The notes under the pieces were generated by a model. That model was not told the origin of the DNA. It was given only the letters and a program-made list of their open reading frames with translations, and did no database searches. Below, piece after piece: positions 46,731 to 60,929 of a stretch of 64,000 nucleotides of DNA (position 1 is its first letter; each line of letters begins with the position of its first letter). This DNA is from the human T2T-CHM13v2.0 reference genome, Homo sapiens. The stretch is taken from the NCBI RefSeq assembly GCF_009914755.1, contig NC_060937.1. The stretch is one strand, 5' to 3'. A program made the translations under genes and the position numbers.

Positions 46731-47099
46731 GCCTTGGCTCATATACTTCTACATTTGATTATTAATTTTTTGGATTTTTTTTCCCTGTGTATAATGGGTA
46801 AATTGTATTGGAAATGACAATCTATATATAAATTTTTTATTGGAATCCATTAATATTTTACTAAATTTTCAGCATATTTTATATAGTTATAAGAATATAT
46901 TTTAAGAAAAATTACTAAAATAAAAAAGAAAGTAACATTTGTTTTATTCCCTAGGAGGAAACAGTGTTCAAGCACCTTTAAGACTTTATCCTCTTTTTTA
47001 ATTTTTCCATCCTCCAACATATGGTGTTTTTCTCTATCTTCTTGTCTCTCATTTACTAGCAATAACTTAATACAGTTGAAAATGGTCGACCAGAACAAT

Positions 47100-47895
47100 A
47101 CTGTCAGTCAATTTAATCTAATTGATATTTTTAAACTATTACAACAGCAGAATGCGTATTCTTTTCATGCTCGTAAGGAATAGTCACCAAGATAGACCAT
47201 ATACTGAGTCATAAAAGCATTCTAACAAGCTTCCTATAATAGAAATCCTACAAAGTATTTTTTCAAACCACAGTAAAATTATACTAGAAATCTATAACAG
47301 AAAGATAATTGTAAAATATATAAATATTTGGATATCAAGTAATACATTTGTAAATAACGTGTCATAGAAACTTCTCAAGTCTAACTAAGCGAACACGAAA
47401 ACACAATATATCAAGGTTATAGAATGCAATGAAAGCAGTGCTTAGAGGAAAATTTAGAGCATTAAATTCATATATTAGAAATAAAGAATGACCTAAAATC
47501 AATAATCTTAAATTTAGGAAAGCAGAGAGAAAAGAATAATTTATGACTACAACATACACAAGAAAAGAAAACTTATTTGTCAGGAATCAATTAAGTTGAA
47601 AACAAAAAAAAATTGGAAAAAAATCAATGAAACCAAAAGCTGGTTCTTTAAAGAAATCAATTATATTGGTAAGTTGTTGCCAAGATGACCAGAAAAAAAG
47701 AGAGAAAACACAAGCTAACAATTTCAGAAATGAAGGAGGAATCATCAATACAGTACCATAGCCATTAAAAGTGTAATAAGGGGGATACTATGAACTATTC
47801 TATGCCCACGATTTGATAACATATGAAATGGACCAAATTCACCAAACACATAAACTATAAAAATTTGAATGAGGAGAAAGAGGTAACCCAAATAG
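47100..47895 (+). mobile_element. Old L1M ORF2 fragment (end of endonuclease to pre-RT)
   Basis: caccaagatagaccatatactgagtcataaa, aaagcagtgcttagaggaaaattt, aaatcaatgaaaccaaaagctggttcttt. Confidence 0.85.
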
Positions 47896-47899
47896 GATA

Positions 47900-48880
47900 A
47901 GTACCCTTTAAAACAAGCTTGAAAAAGCCCACTTTCCCTTTTATCTTGTGAAGACACTCGTAGAAGTTGCCATCCAGGAGGAATGGACCTTCACCAGACA
48001 TTGAATCTGCCAGTGGCCTGATCTTGGACTTCCCAGCCTTCAAACCTGTGTGCAATACATTTATGCTGTTTACTTATCATGCAGTCTATACTATTACTGT
48101 TAGAGCAGCCCAAACTAAGACACAAAGTGGTACCAGGTCTTGGGCTATCTATCCTATGCTTGTTTCACCATGGTTTCTTCTCTTTTTTTTTTCTAGTCAT
48201 CTTGGCTAGAGCTTATCAGTATAATTTATCTCTTTAAAGAACTAGCTTTTGGTTTCATTGATTTTCTCAATTTTTTTTCTTGGTTTTCCACAGTAACCAT
48301 GGTATTTCAAATGACTGTGAAGTAATTTGACTTCACAGGCTCACAGCTGGAGGGGAATTTGCCTCAGGATAAAACACATCTTTGAGTCTCACCCATATCT
48401 GATTAGATAATTTTAATAAGACTTTAGACTTAGACTTTGAGTTCATACTGAAATGAGTTCAGAATTTGGAGGCTATTAGAATGGAATGAATGTACTTATC
48501 ATGTAAGAAGGGCATTAATTTTGGTAGGACCGGGGCAGAATATTATGGTCTGAGTATCAGTATTCCCACAAAAAAATTATTTATCTTGGAACCTCACATC
48601 CAATGTCAGAATATTAAGAGTTGGGGCCATTAGGAAGTGATGAAGTAATAAGGGCTCTATTCTTATGAATGTGATTAGCATCCTTATAAAAAAAAGGCTT
48701 GAGGAAACTCCTTTGCCTTTCTGCCATGTGAGGACAAACAATGGAAGGCACCCTCTATGAGGAACTGAGCCCTTGCCAGACACCAAATGTGCTTGATCTT
48801 AGACTTCCCAGTCTCTAGAACTGTGCACACTAAATTTATGCTGTTTATAAATTACTCAGTCTGAAGTATTTTGTTATATT
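47900..48880 (+). mobile_element. MLT1A-type MaLR provirus remnant: partial 5' LTR (~47900-48122), collapsed internal region, 3' LTR (48541-~48880)
   Basis: Two same-orientation LTRs sharing ccagaca...tgatctt(g/a)gacttcccag. Internal start aagtggtaccagg; internal end gacttcacaggctcacagctggagg...ggggcagaa. Confidence 0.8.
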
Positions 48881-50027
48881 ATTATTAGATTACAACAGTT
48901 GCTTGAATTTTTTACAAATATCTCCTTGAACTAACTGAATATTCAAATCAATTTTCTCTTGACCCAAAGGTAAGACACAATAATCCTATTAATTTTTCCC
49001 TTTTGTAAAAAGCAAATTCCTCAGGGGGTCTCTTTAAAGTCTTCCCATGGTTTCTTTTATGGAGTACCCTTATAGACCTGCTTCTTATTTTTGCAGGACT
49101 CAAAATAATAATATAAAGCATTTAGGTAGATTTGAGGTTGTGTGTACCAAAGTAGGCTTTGCAGGAAGGCTAAAACATATGGGCTAGGAATTTGTACATT
49201 CCACTGTAATTTACCAACTCATGACTCTGCAGACATGTGGGTGACAGAAGGACTGCTATAATAGACCCTCAGAGCATAAGCCAGAGTGGGACCACAGTTT
49301 TTAAGGTAAAAATGACTATTGCCCCTTTATAGACTGTATCAAAGAGCTAACACAGGGATCTTTTTCTTTTCTTTTATGGAATTTACTCGTGACTATATGC
49401 TGGGGAGAAGATAATGATACAAGTTGCATTTTTTTCACTAGTTTTGTTTGATTTATATTTTTGTATTATATTACTTTCTTTTATTTATCCATGCTGACAA
49501 GAGAGAAGAAAAAGCATTCTAGATATGAAAGCAACATTTACAAAATGTGAAAGTGATATGTGTATTTATTTGAATGAAATATAAAAAATTGGGCAACATG
49601 TTTCATGTTAGTAAGAAAAGCACTTTTCAGGCTCTTTTTCCTTAGACCATGTAATCTAATATTGGTGTTACACAGGGTTTTTCTCTACAAGGAAGCATTC
49701 ATAAATAGATTTGATTAAGGGATTCCAAGTAATTGACACTTTTGTGTGCAACATACATTACAAACCTAATGAGAAACGAAGATGTCAACACATGGAGGAC
49801 AAAATTGCATTTTCTTTCTGATAAAGAGAAAACTGCAGGGCATGGTTCATGTATGTGAATCAGTGTTTTCCTAGTTACTAAATTGTGAATTAAACAGACT
49901 TAAATATAGGTAGAGATCTCTGGCATGAAGTAATACAGGGGAATATGTATTCTAGGCACAATATCATTCCCAAGGGAAGCAGGAAATAAAAAATCAGGTG
50001 TAGAAATGCCTACTTTCTCTTCAAAAC

Positions 50028-50080
50028 TCTACTTTTTGTGTTATTTTCTCTACTTTTGATGTTATTTTCTCTACTTTTGA
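50028..50080. repeat. 21-bp tandem duplication (~2.5 copies)
   Basis: tgttattttctctacttttga repeated. Confidence 0.8.
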
Positions 50081-52557
50081 GAGTGTAGTTGAATGAGGGA
50101 GTAAAGATAAAACATATTAGATATGTAAGTAGATAGAAATATTGAATATGATAGATGTATAATATTATTTGAACTCTTTTTACATGAGACAGAATATGGA
50201 GAGTGGGGAAGAATCATCCCTCATCTATGAGATATGAAAAGAATTAGTTTATATAAATGGAACATGAATCCATTTGACTGTTCCAAGAGGGAATGAGAAA
50301 TGTTAGGTAAATGTGATACAGTGGAAATGGAAACATATGTCTTGAGCAGAGCATGTTTTCTGAACGTGAGTGAAGAACATTGGGATATATGTGAGTGTAT
50401 ACTAATATTAATATGGAGAAAAATTAAATTCTTTAATTTAATTTAAAGGGAGAAAAAGAAAATAAATATATAGAAAGAGAAAAAAGCTTGTGCCAAACTA
50501 ATTTTTTTCATTTCATGTGTTTTTTCATATGCTCTTATTGGTCACACATAACATTTTTGGTAGATAAAGCGGACATTCATTGGGCCAACTTTACATCATT
50601 GTTTACAATCTTAATTAGGTCACTGTTGATTATCTGGGAGAATTCACTTGAAATTGCTTTGAAGCCTTTTCCTTAGGGTTTTGCCTGGGTGTATAAGGAA
50701 TTGCTCCCTAATTACTATTCCATAGATTGGACTCCTTGCAGGCTCGTTTTCCTGCTAGCAGATCTTTTCTTCATCAAATATTTATTGGAGTTCGCACTGT
50801 GTACAGGGCAATGTACTATGAAGTAAAGAAGAAGATAAGGAGTGAGTCAAAGAGATGTGTTCCCAGGTCCCATCAGGTTAGCAGTTTGAAATAGTCACAG
50901 GGCATATGGCATAGAGAAAAAAATAACACCAAAATCCTACATATAGAATTGTACATTTTTGACAATTCTAAAGCAAGTTTCATCATTTCCTATTTCTTCT
51001 TCCCACGGCTTCAATATAGTATTTTTTCCTTTTTTCCCCTTTTTGGGTAATTCTTAGGATTTGCAATAAATCCAGAATTGGAATGATTTAATTCTTCCCT
51101 AATTCCATCTGTTTCAGTCCAAGTGACTTTATCTAGTATTATTTCTAAAGAAAGTAAGAGTCTTGGTAATGGAATAAATGAGGCTTATATAATGTGCTTC
51201 GTTTTCCCATTTTTGTAAACAAATTCATGCAACCTCAAGTGGATTTAATAACTTTAATATACCCTAAATCAAAATAGAAAGAAGCATAAGATACAGTGGA
51301 AGGAGAATTCATTGTTTTATAAGATAGCCTGTTTTGCAAAACAAATTATTACCTACATGTCAAGTTAGTTGGAATATGACACACTATTTTTTTCTAATTA
51401 TTGTTAAATAAACTTTACATTTTAGAAATTCACCAAGTATTTAGTAAGGAGTATTTTAACAAAATTATATGTTCAATAACTGTTTCAAGCATGCATTCCT
51501 GAATCACTGTGCTCAAAGCTGACTTTAGTGTGTGCATTAGATTCATTAAAAATATACATTTTAAAGTATTTTTTCTGTTTGTATTTTAGTATGAAAGAGG
51601 AAAATACCCCAAATGCATTAAAGGAAAATAAGGAAATAAGGGTATCCTGTGTTATTCCTTGCCTCAACATGAAAATTGTTTAAATGAGGCTTTCCTTCAG
51701 GTGGGAGGCACTTTCTCTCATCTCTCTGTGACTACTCTTTGGAAAGCTATATGATCGATCAAAGGGTTATTTATTTTATGAGTGGAAAATATAGTGAGAA
51801 TCAGTATATAGCAAATAGTCTCCTAACTGATGAGAGGGTGTGAATTGATGAAATAAAAGATTTATCAAATGCTTACAAAGCGCTCAACACAGTAAGATGA
51901 GAGTAGGGACTTTGAGGATTCTTAAAATGGGGAATTCACAAATTAAACCCTCATGCATTACACATTATGAATGGAAAAGACATCAGTTACAGGCATGACT
52001 GCTCTTCAACAGCCCTAAAAAGTAAGGAACAGAAGATTCTATAGTGAGAGGAGTACTAGGAGAATGAAAATCCAAAGCAAATATTTATTCATCATAGAAA
52101 GAACAATGGGGTAGTTCATGCACTGTTCATTCTCATTTTAGAAACATTTATTAAAAGTTTAAATATAGACATGATGGCACGAAAACTCATCAGGAGTCAA
52201 AACCAAGATTTTAAAAAGCTGGTGGCTTCATACTTAGAAACATACCAGTTTGAAATAATTAACTTTATGGTCCTTTATAATTATAAATCTTGTTACCAAA
52301 GAGAAAATTGTAGAATTATATAATAGATTGAGTACCGTTAAAATTTTTATTTGTGAATTTGTGTGTTAGGGCAGTACTGAAGATGATTAAAGATCACAGT
52401 TCTTTCAAAAATTATGCTTGGAAATTCAGCATCCATTGTCACCCGTTGGTCTGTTTCAACGGCTTTTTTTCCTCTCTTTGTACATTTTCTTAGTGTGCCT
52501 AATTAGTTTTCTACTGAAAACCAGATATTGTATGAAGTACAGAAACATTGAATTATG

Positions 52558-52993
52558 GTGTTAATTTGGTTTCTCTATAAGCTAAACCTGGGACAAGAAT
52601 TTGAACACAGTTTATTTGAGCATATTTGTGCCTCTGAGCACAAATGCCAGTAGGGTAGTGAGAAAGTAGGAGAAGGAAAGGAAAAGAAGCCATTGAAAAT
52701 TGAATTATCACATTAATCACCAGTATGGGAAAGTATAGTGTAATCCCACTGATGAAGCAGGAAATAAATTACAACATGCACCTTGGAGATATTGCATAGT
52801 AGGGGCAGGGGAACTGCAGTGTTTTTCACTAAGTAAGGTCTGCTTAGGGTAAGGCCCACCCTTGCTGGCCTGCCACACTAACACTAAACCAGTGGGATCC
52901 TATGCAGGTTTTCTCATCTTGAAAAAGGATTGATTTAAAGTAAAATAGTTAAGATCCGTGGGGATTGGTAGGGAACCGAAATCATCTGCTACT
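52558..52993 (-). mobile_element. Old ERVL-class LTR (LTR33/LTR16-like)
   Basis: aaacctgggacaagaatttgaacacagtttatttg...ccagtagggtagtgagaaagt...ggaaccgaaatcatctgctac. Confidence 0.6.
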
Positions 52994-54724
52994 GTGATGT
53001 TAGCTTTCTCCTGAGAAGATCCACTTTAAGTTACATGAGGCTCAGGGTGGAGTAAATTACTTTAATCCAATTAGAGATCAAGGCTGGTGTTCAGTCCCGG
53101 TAAGCCTCAGTCTATCTGGAAAAGCTACCCACATGGTGGGTATCCATGCAGTGATCCAGATTTACCTGCAGAGGTCATTGTTTCCTACGCCCCTCATTGT
53201 TTTTTCCTGACCCCCATCTCTAGGCACCTTGGTATAGTAAGTCTTCTGAAAACTGCTGGGCTTTTCAGCCACTTTCACCTTGGCTCTTTATCCTCTAGGC
53301 ACCTACGGAATTATCTGCAAGTGCCTGGAGGGGAAAACAGTTGCTGAGTTTCAGTCGGACTCTGTACCTCTCTTCTTTTAGGGACCTTGAATCCTCTGTC
53401 TGGGGATCCTTAAATTTCATGTTGTTGTTGTTGTTCTACTCGGCTTGGTAAGGATGCCAAAGCTTTGTCAATTTTTTCTGACTCTTAGCGGCACCTTACT
53501 GCCCAGTTTGTCAGCAAATGCTTTGCGACCAATAGCAGAACAGATCATAGGGGAAGGGAGCATTGGTTCACCTTTTTAAGATGCTCCTTTACCTGGGACC
53601 TAGCTGTTCAATGTTGGCTCAATGTCATACAGATTTTTTTCCCATTTTTTTTCTGGCCTGAAACTGCTACAGGCAACTTCATCATATCTACAACAGAAGT
53701 CAAATATAGTAGAAGATAAATTGAAGGATGATTTTAAATCCTGAAAAACAAACAGCAGACAGATTACATATTGGGAATAGAAATGTAGCAAGGGATTACC
53801 TGTTTTGCATAAGGCTTTCATCATATTCTAATATATCAAAATGTACGCAAGTTCATGTAAGTTTATTTCTGACAAAGGCTACCATCTTATATGTAAAAGT
53901 TTCAAATATAGTTCATGTCAATATAGGGCTCAAAAGCACTATGTTATTTTTGAAATAATTTGCACACAGTCGTAGTCTTCTCTCTAAGGAGTATTTCTCA
54001 GAGCATGTTTAGGAACTCATTGTCTTTTTTCAAGGTTGAGAAATCAATAGAAAAAACATCAGTTGCTTTTGGAATGCTTTACTGACATATTAGCTTACAT
54101 GCTTTTTCTGTCAAGAGTTTCCAATCAATATTATATTGTTTCATGACAAGTAGATAATACATCATTAACAATTTATGAAGGTAAATAATTACAAGTTTCA
54201 CATTGAAAGTTGAAGTGTATAACAACAACACAGGAGGAGTTAATTGTGATAAAATTTAGAGCTGCATGTATTTTCCTGCTTGCAACATTGAATTGTTAAG
54301 CTTGCTTCAGTACCTATGTTTGTTTAATTTTCATTATCATGATTCCCAAGAGGACATTGCTATTTTACAGGCTTCATACTCACAATACTAAAATCAGCCT
54401 TTGTGAAAGAAGTTAAGGGTAGGGCAATTGGATTTCTGCAATACTGATTCAAGGACGCAGGATAGGGCAAAGTCTGTACGATTCAGTCTAAAAAGAATCA
54501 ATACCATATGTCCAGGTATTATACTATTCTGAATTGATAGAATTTAAAATATATCAGAACTTAATTATAGATAATTTCTCATAAGAATGTAGCTTGATGA
54601 AAAAATAAAATTATTAAGAAAAAAACTCCAAGTTTATAAGTTTCTGTCAACCCAGTGATGTCTTCAATGCTTGTTCACACTGTTATAAGAAAAACAGGCA
54701 GTTTAAGAATGGAAAATGTCTTGA

Positions 54725-54860
54725 GTTGGTAGACAGAATTAGAAGAGACAGCTGTGGTTCTATTACTCGTACAGCCATTCCACTGATGAGTTCTATGACC
54801 TCTAGCTAGTCACTTAGCACTTTTTGGGTTTAATTTCCTTTCTATGTATAAAAAAGGAAC
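54725..54860 (+). mobile_element. MIR fragment
   Basis: ggttcta...cactgatgagttctatgacctctagctagtcacttagc. Confidence 0.45.
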
Positions 54861-56642
54861 AAGACTTGTTGTAGATATTGCTATATTCATGGATGAAAAC
54901 TGCCCATAAGGGCAAAGAAGTATAATTAAATCTTGGCATTGTTCCTTTAAAAATTAAAATCCCATTAAAAATTAAGAAAGTCTTAAGCAACCTCATTAGT
55001 GCTAGGCTGGAAAGCAATTAAGTATATTGTTTTGCCCCTAAAAACAGCCCCAGAAGATTAGCTGTGCCCCGTATTGCCAATGATATTTACTGATATAATT
55101 GATAGTGGAAGTTTGTCCAACAGTCTCTTTCAGTGTTTATTCTTCATTTTAAATATCATTCCTAAAATACTTATGGATTATTTGGCTAAGTTTAAAAATT
55201 GAAGTTTATTTAAAATCCAAGGAATTTAAAAAACAAAATAAGCGGTATCTAGATGAAAACAGAAATTACATTCCTAATCATTTAAAACACGTAATTCATT
55301 ATATTAAGCAATTATTCTAAAGTCTGTTAAGCTAGCCAGTTTTCCTTGCTGTTACATTGTTTTTAATATGTACATATTTTGGAAACTTTGAGACCTGAAA
55401 TTTCTTTGAAAGAAGAATGCGTATCACAAAATTTGTTTATTTCATGAGCTTTTAATTCAGAGTGGCAAATTTTTCGAGAAGTAAAACATTTACAAGTTTG
55501 TTTTTATAAAGAATACCTAATCAATATTAACTACTTCAGTTGATGTCCTCTATTTCTATTTCTCACACCTTCCGGTAAGTATAAAATTCTTAATATCTTC
55601 CTATAAAAAATCAATACCTTAGAACCATGTTAAATTTAAATCAATCAAAATAAAAATTTATACCTTAGGTCAGTATTAATTTTAAATGAAGTGAATGAAA
55701 TAATTTTATTTCATGGATAGTTTTAACTCAAAATATATTTCTTCAGTATGTATAATCCAAAGTACATGATATACAACTGGGGGAAAGACTAAGGATGAGT
55801 CTGGCTCATTCAATTCCTTGGCTATATGTTAAACATTTGCTGTATTTCATTGAATTTAAGTCATCATTGATTTAAAAATGCACTATTATTCTGCATTTCA
55901 CTGAGAAAGAAAAAAAAACACTAACAAACTATAATAAAATGATTTTAACATGTAGAATATTTATATTTTACTTAACTAATGCACTATTTTAGACTTATCA
56001 AAACATAGATTTGGGTCATAGAATTTTGATCATATATGTTTTTCCCAGAGGATCTTGATGTATCATAAAATAATAAAGTCAAATTCTTAACATTCAGATT
56101 TGACTCTTCTGCATCACTTTTCATCTTAGTTTCTGTTATTTTCTACACAATATATTATTTACAGTCAAGAGAATTAGAAATTGAGAATATTCTTTTGAAA
56201 CAGTGATATCTACTTCTTTACCAATTTATATATGCAGTAGAATGGAAAGCTAATTATCTAAGTTAAGGAGAAAATAAATTATAGGCTTTTTAGCTTGCTA
56301 TTATTGTATACACACACATGCGTGCACACACACATATTTTCTCCCACAGTAAGTCCAACAACATGGATGTGGGTACTGAAATAAACTCAGTGATTTAATT
56401 TCATAAGATATAGTGTTACAGTTTTTGACATACAGTTTCTTCAATAAGTGTTAACCCACAATGATATTCCTCTTAGAATTCCTCAAGAAATGTTATCCAT
56501 TGCCCAAATGTTTTAAACCACCTATAAATTCTGGTGGATGCTAATAACTGGCAATAAATTTAAAAATAGGTTAAATGGTGAAATCATTTATTAAACAATG
56601 TTGAACAAATTTATCTACTGAAGTACTTTTCAGACATTTTAA

Positions 56643-56927
<285 letters not shown>

Positions 56928-58737
56928 TAATATAGTCAAAAAGAGAATTTTCTCTAAAATATTCTTCCAAATAACTCACCTACATTAAGAAAATGCTGAG
57001 CACCAATTGAGACACCAACAGCAATTCTCTCAAGCAGAAAAGAATTAAAAATTGAAGGAATAAGAATAATTGAAAAAGTCATTGATTTGGAACTGAGTGT
57101 TGTCAAAAGTAAAGAGCTAGTTTGTAGCACTAACATATGCAAGAAAATGATTTTCAATTGTTTTCAGTGACAATCAGCAGGAAGGAATCAAGCACCTCAT
57201 AGCAATTACTGACTTTCTGCCAGAATCCGTTATAACATTGCCTTAGGGAAGGCAAGATAAGTAATATTCTAGTTAAGAAGCCACATCAAGGAAAATGGGG
57301 AAATGAGAAAGAGGGCGGCAGTTTTAACTCATGAAGCAACCTCATGATTAAAGGTTTCGTGCACTGAGAAAAGAGAATAATTGACTTAATATGTAATAAT
57401 TGATAATTAAAAACAATAATTTTTCTTAGAAAAATACCATGAAAATAATTTTTAATTTTAAGATAATGATATATTACACTTAATATCATTTTTAAGATCT
57501 CGAGATAATTTAACAAACATTATACACAATGTTAAGAATCTGCATACAAATGGTAGAAAAATGAGTAAAATAAAAAATACTCTGATTTTAGTGAATTTAC
57601 TATATGTCATTAGATGTAGAGGGTGAAAATTCAATCTGGGACAAATAAATCTGCAAGTTCTGTTATTATAATCTCATGATTATAGCAAACAATAATCATG
57701 AGAAAATATGTAAAGTAAATAGATATAAATTACAGTTAAGTTTGTCAGGAATATCATTGAATTAGAAAATACTGTAGCCTTTAAATCTGAGGTCCTATAA
57801 TTAAAACATACAATAAAGTATTATTGATCTTCAAATATTTAGAAAATATACAGAATATATTTATTTTTAAAACCAAGTTTACTTAAAATAGTTCCTAATT
57901 ATAAAGTACTCATAAATCATAATTTGGAAGTAAGTGATTATTATACCAAAGTGAAGAGCATCAATGATTAGAAATTTATCTATCTGTATACTGTACATAT
58001 CTACATATATCTATCTATATGTGTGAATATATATATGTGAGCATACACACACACTGAAAAACGCTGAAAGTAATATTTTTTTCAAGAAACATTATTTTCA
58101 AGAAAGGTAATTTGATGTAGATGTTGGACATAGATTATAAAAAATAAAATTTAATAAGGCACGAATGCACACATATACACAGACACACACACGTATATGT
58201 ACACACATAGATATACACACACAGTGTGTGAGAGGGAGAAAGAGGGCAGGTGGGTGTGCATAGTTTACCAGTAATGAGAATAACTTCATTGAGAAAGAAG
58301 TTAAGATGTGGGAAACAAAAACTTGAGTTTGAAAGATTTAAGCATCATATAATTATTTATGTTAAATAAACACAATTTTTTCTTCTTTTGGAAGGCATGA
58401 AAAAAGTAAAACTACTGTGTTTCCTTGAAAATTACAAATATGAGAATTAGGAATTTTGTAACTACATATGACTAAATGATGTCTTTTAATTTTGTAACTG
58501 TAGTGACTGTTTCTCTACATAGTACATTGGAAAATCTCAACTACCACTCCTGCTATATTAAACCCATCCTCCCTCCCTCACCCAGACAGTGAATATCCCT
58601 ATAAAACCAGTAAATTCTGGAAAATTGCAATTGTGTAGTACACAGAAATGCTTAGGTATAATCCAATCATTTTACAAATTCAAAAAGTAACGTCCCTCCA
58701 AATGAAATTATTTAGTTAAAATTGCATAGTTGCTTTG

Positions 58738-58906
58738 TGATTGGAGCTTCTGTTTCTCAGGTCTTCAGACCAGCTTTTCTAATTTTTCAGCTTGCAGATG
58801 GCAGATCCTGGTACTTCTTGGCCTCCATGATCATGTAAACCAATTCTCATAATAAATATCTATCTCTCTTATATATTCCATTTCTCTGGAGAACACTAAC
58901 TAATAC
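58738..58906 (+). mobile_element. MLT2 LTR 3' fragment
   Basis: cagcttgcagatggcagatcctggtacttcttggcctccatgatcatgt...tttctctggagaacactaactaatac. Confidence 0.8.
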
Positions 58907-59683
58907 TAACTAAGTTAATTAAGATTGAATCGCTTATTAATTTTTTGTATTGAAAATAATATCCTAAAATGAATGAATTTCTCTGAGAAATTTACAATAA
59001 TTCTTAGGTGATTTTTATATAAAGTATATACACATTTTTTCAATTTTTGTATTGTGGTAAAATATATCTAACATAACATTTATCATCTTAACTATTTTAA
59101 AGTATACAGTTAAGTGCTATTATATATATTTATGTATACTTTTTATATTATTTGGGATTCAAATATATCAATTTTTAGCTTTAATTTTAAAATTTTAAAG
59201 TAGGTTTATAAAAATATACATATATATTTTTGGCTTGGAATCATTTTCCATATAGTTGGAAGAATTATTCTCTCTTAAAAGTATATAAAAATATTTATTT
59301 CACTATTTAAATATTTTTTACACATAATTTTTAATCCCCCTGAAGTTTATTTATTTTTAAATTTTATGAATTAGAGAGTTTATTTGATTTCTTTTCAGAT
59401 AAATGATCAATTGTCTCAATATCATATTCTCCCTGGTTTGTAATGCTTCAACTATTCATTTACATCTGCGTATGTTTATAAAAACCATTTTGTGTTCTAT
59501 TGATTTGCTTTCCTATCTTGTTCAACAGATTCAATCATGGTAGCTACCTAGCTTTGGATTTTAATCTATTTATCTTGCTTAATATGCACTGGAATTTCTG
59601 AATCTGAGGATTTATTTGCATAATTTCTGAAAAAAGTAGCATCCATTATATATTCAATGTAACATTTTCACATTTTTATTATC

Positions 59684-59988
<305 letters not shown>

Positions 59989-60929
59989 CTTTTTTATTAT
60001 TTTTATGTAATTCCAGTTATATTTATGTTAGAAATCTTGACTACTAACATTAACTCCACTCATGCCTATCAACATATTGTTTATTTCTATGTATTTTCTA
60101 TGTATTCGATTTCTTAACATATATTTTCCATTTTACTACTTTCATGTTCAGCCTGATCTAATCTATTGTTTTATCAATTCATTCATTGGGTTTATAATTT
60201 CAGTTATTAGGTAATTTTATGTTCCATATCTGATAATCCCAGTGTTCACAATCCTTAGTGTTGCTATTGTTTGTTTTCCTAAAATGAGTTTGAAATGGTG
60301 GAACTAGTGATTTCTATATAACATAGTCTACTTAGATTTAAGTTTTATGTTGGGAATTTTCCATATCATATAGTGTTTGTTATATTAAATAGAAACCATA
60401 TAAGTGGAGATCTATTTCAACAACTTCTAGGAATAACCAGTTTTATTAATTTTTTTCCACTTAATATGAGGACAAGAAAACATATTGTTTTGTTGTTTTA
60501 TTTAGAGGTGGATGGGTTTTGGAATTAATGCAGAATTCTCAAGCTCACTTTAATTAATTTCAGAACACGCAAGTTTTAAAACAGTCTTCCACCGCATAAG
60601 GCTGTTCTTTCCCAAAGCAATCATTTCCTGGCATTAGGTCTCCTGTTCATTTTCTATTCTGATTTTAGTTTTACTGAATTATTTGTGTTCCTTTGTCTAT
60701 TCATTTACTTTTGTATAAACTTTTAGTATATTAAGTGTATGTTTTAATTTATCTAAGTTGTATTTGTTTCATGCTGAGATATCTATCAAGGTGCCCTATG
60801 TTAAACTGAAATGACAGAGTATGGTAGTGTGATCTTAACATAACTAAAGTTAATTTTTCCATACGATATATCATGGTTCACTAATTCATAGGAAAAGTGT
60901 GCTCAATGTTCTTTCTCAGGAATGGAAGG

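Noticed and set aside
52624-52646. atttgtgc / gcacaaat hairpin in the LTR
   Set aside because: Only an 8-bp stem; not distinguishable from chance.
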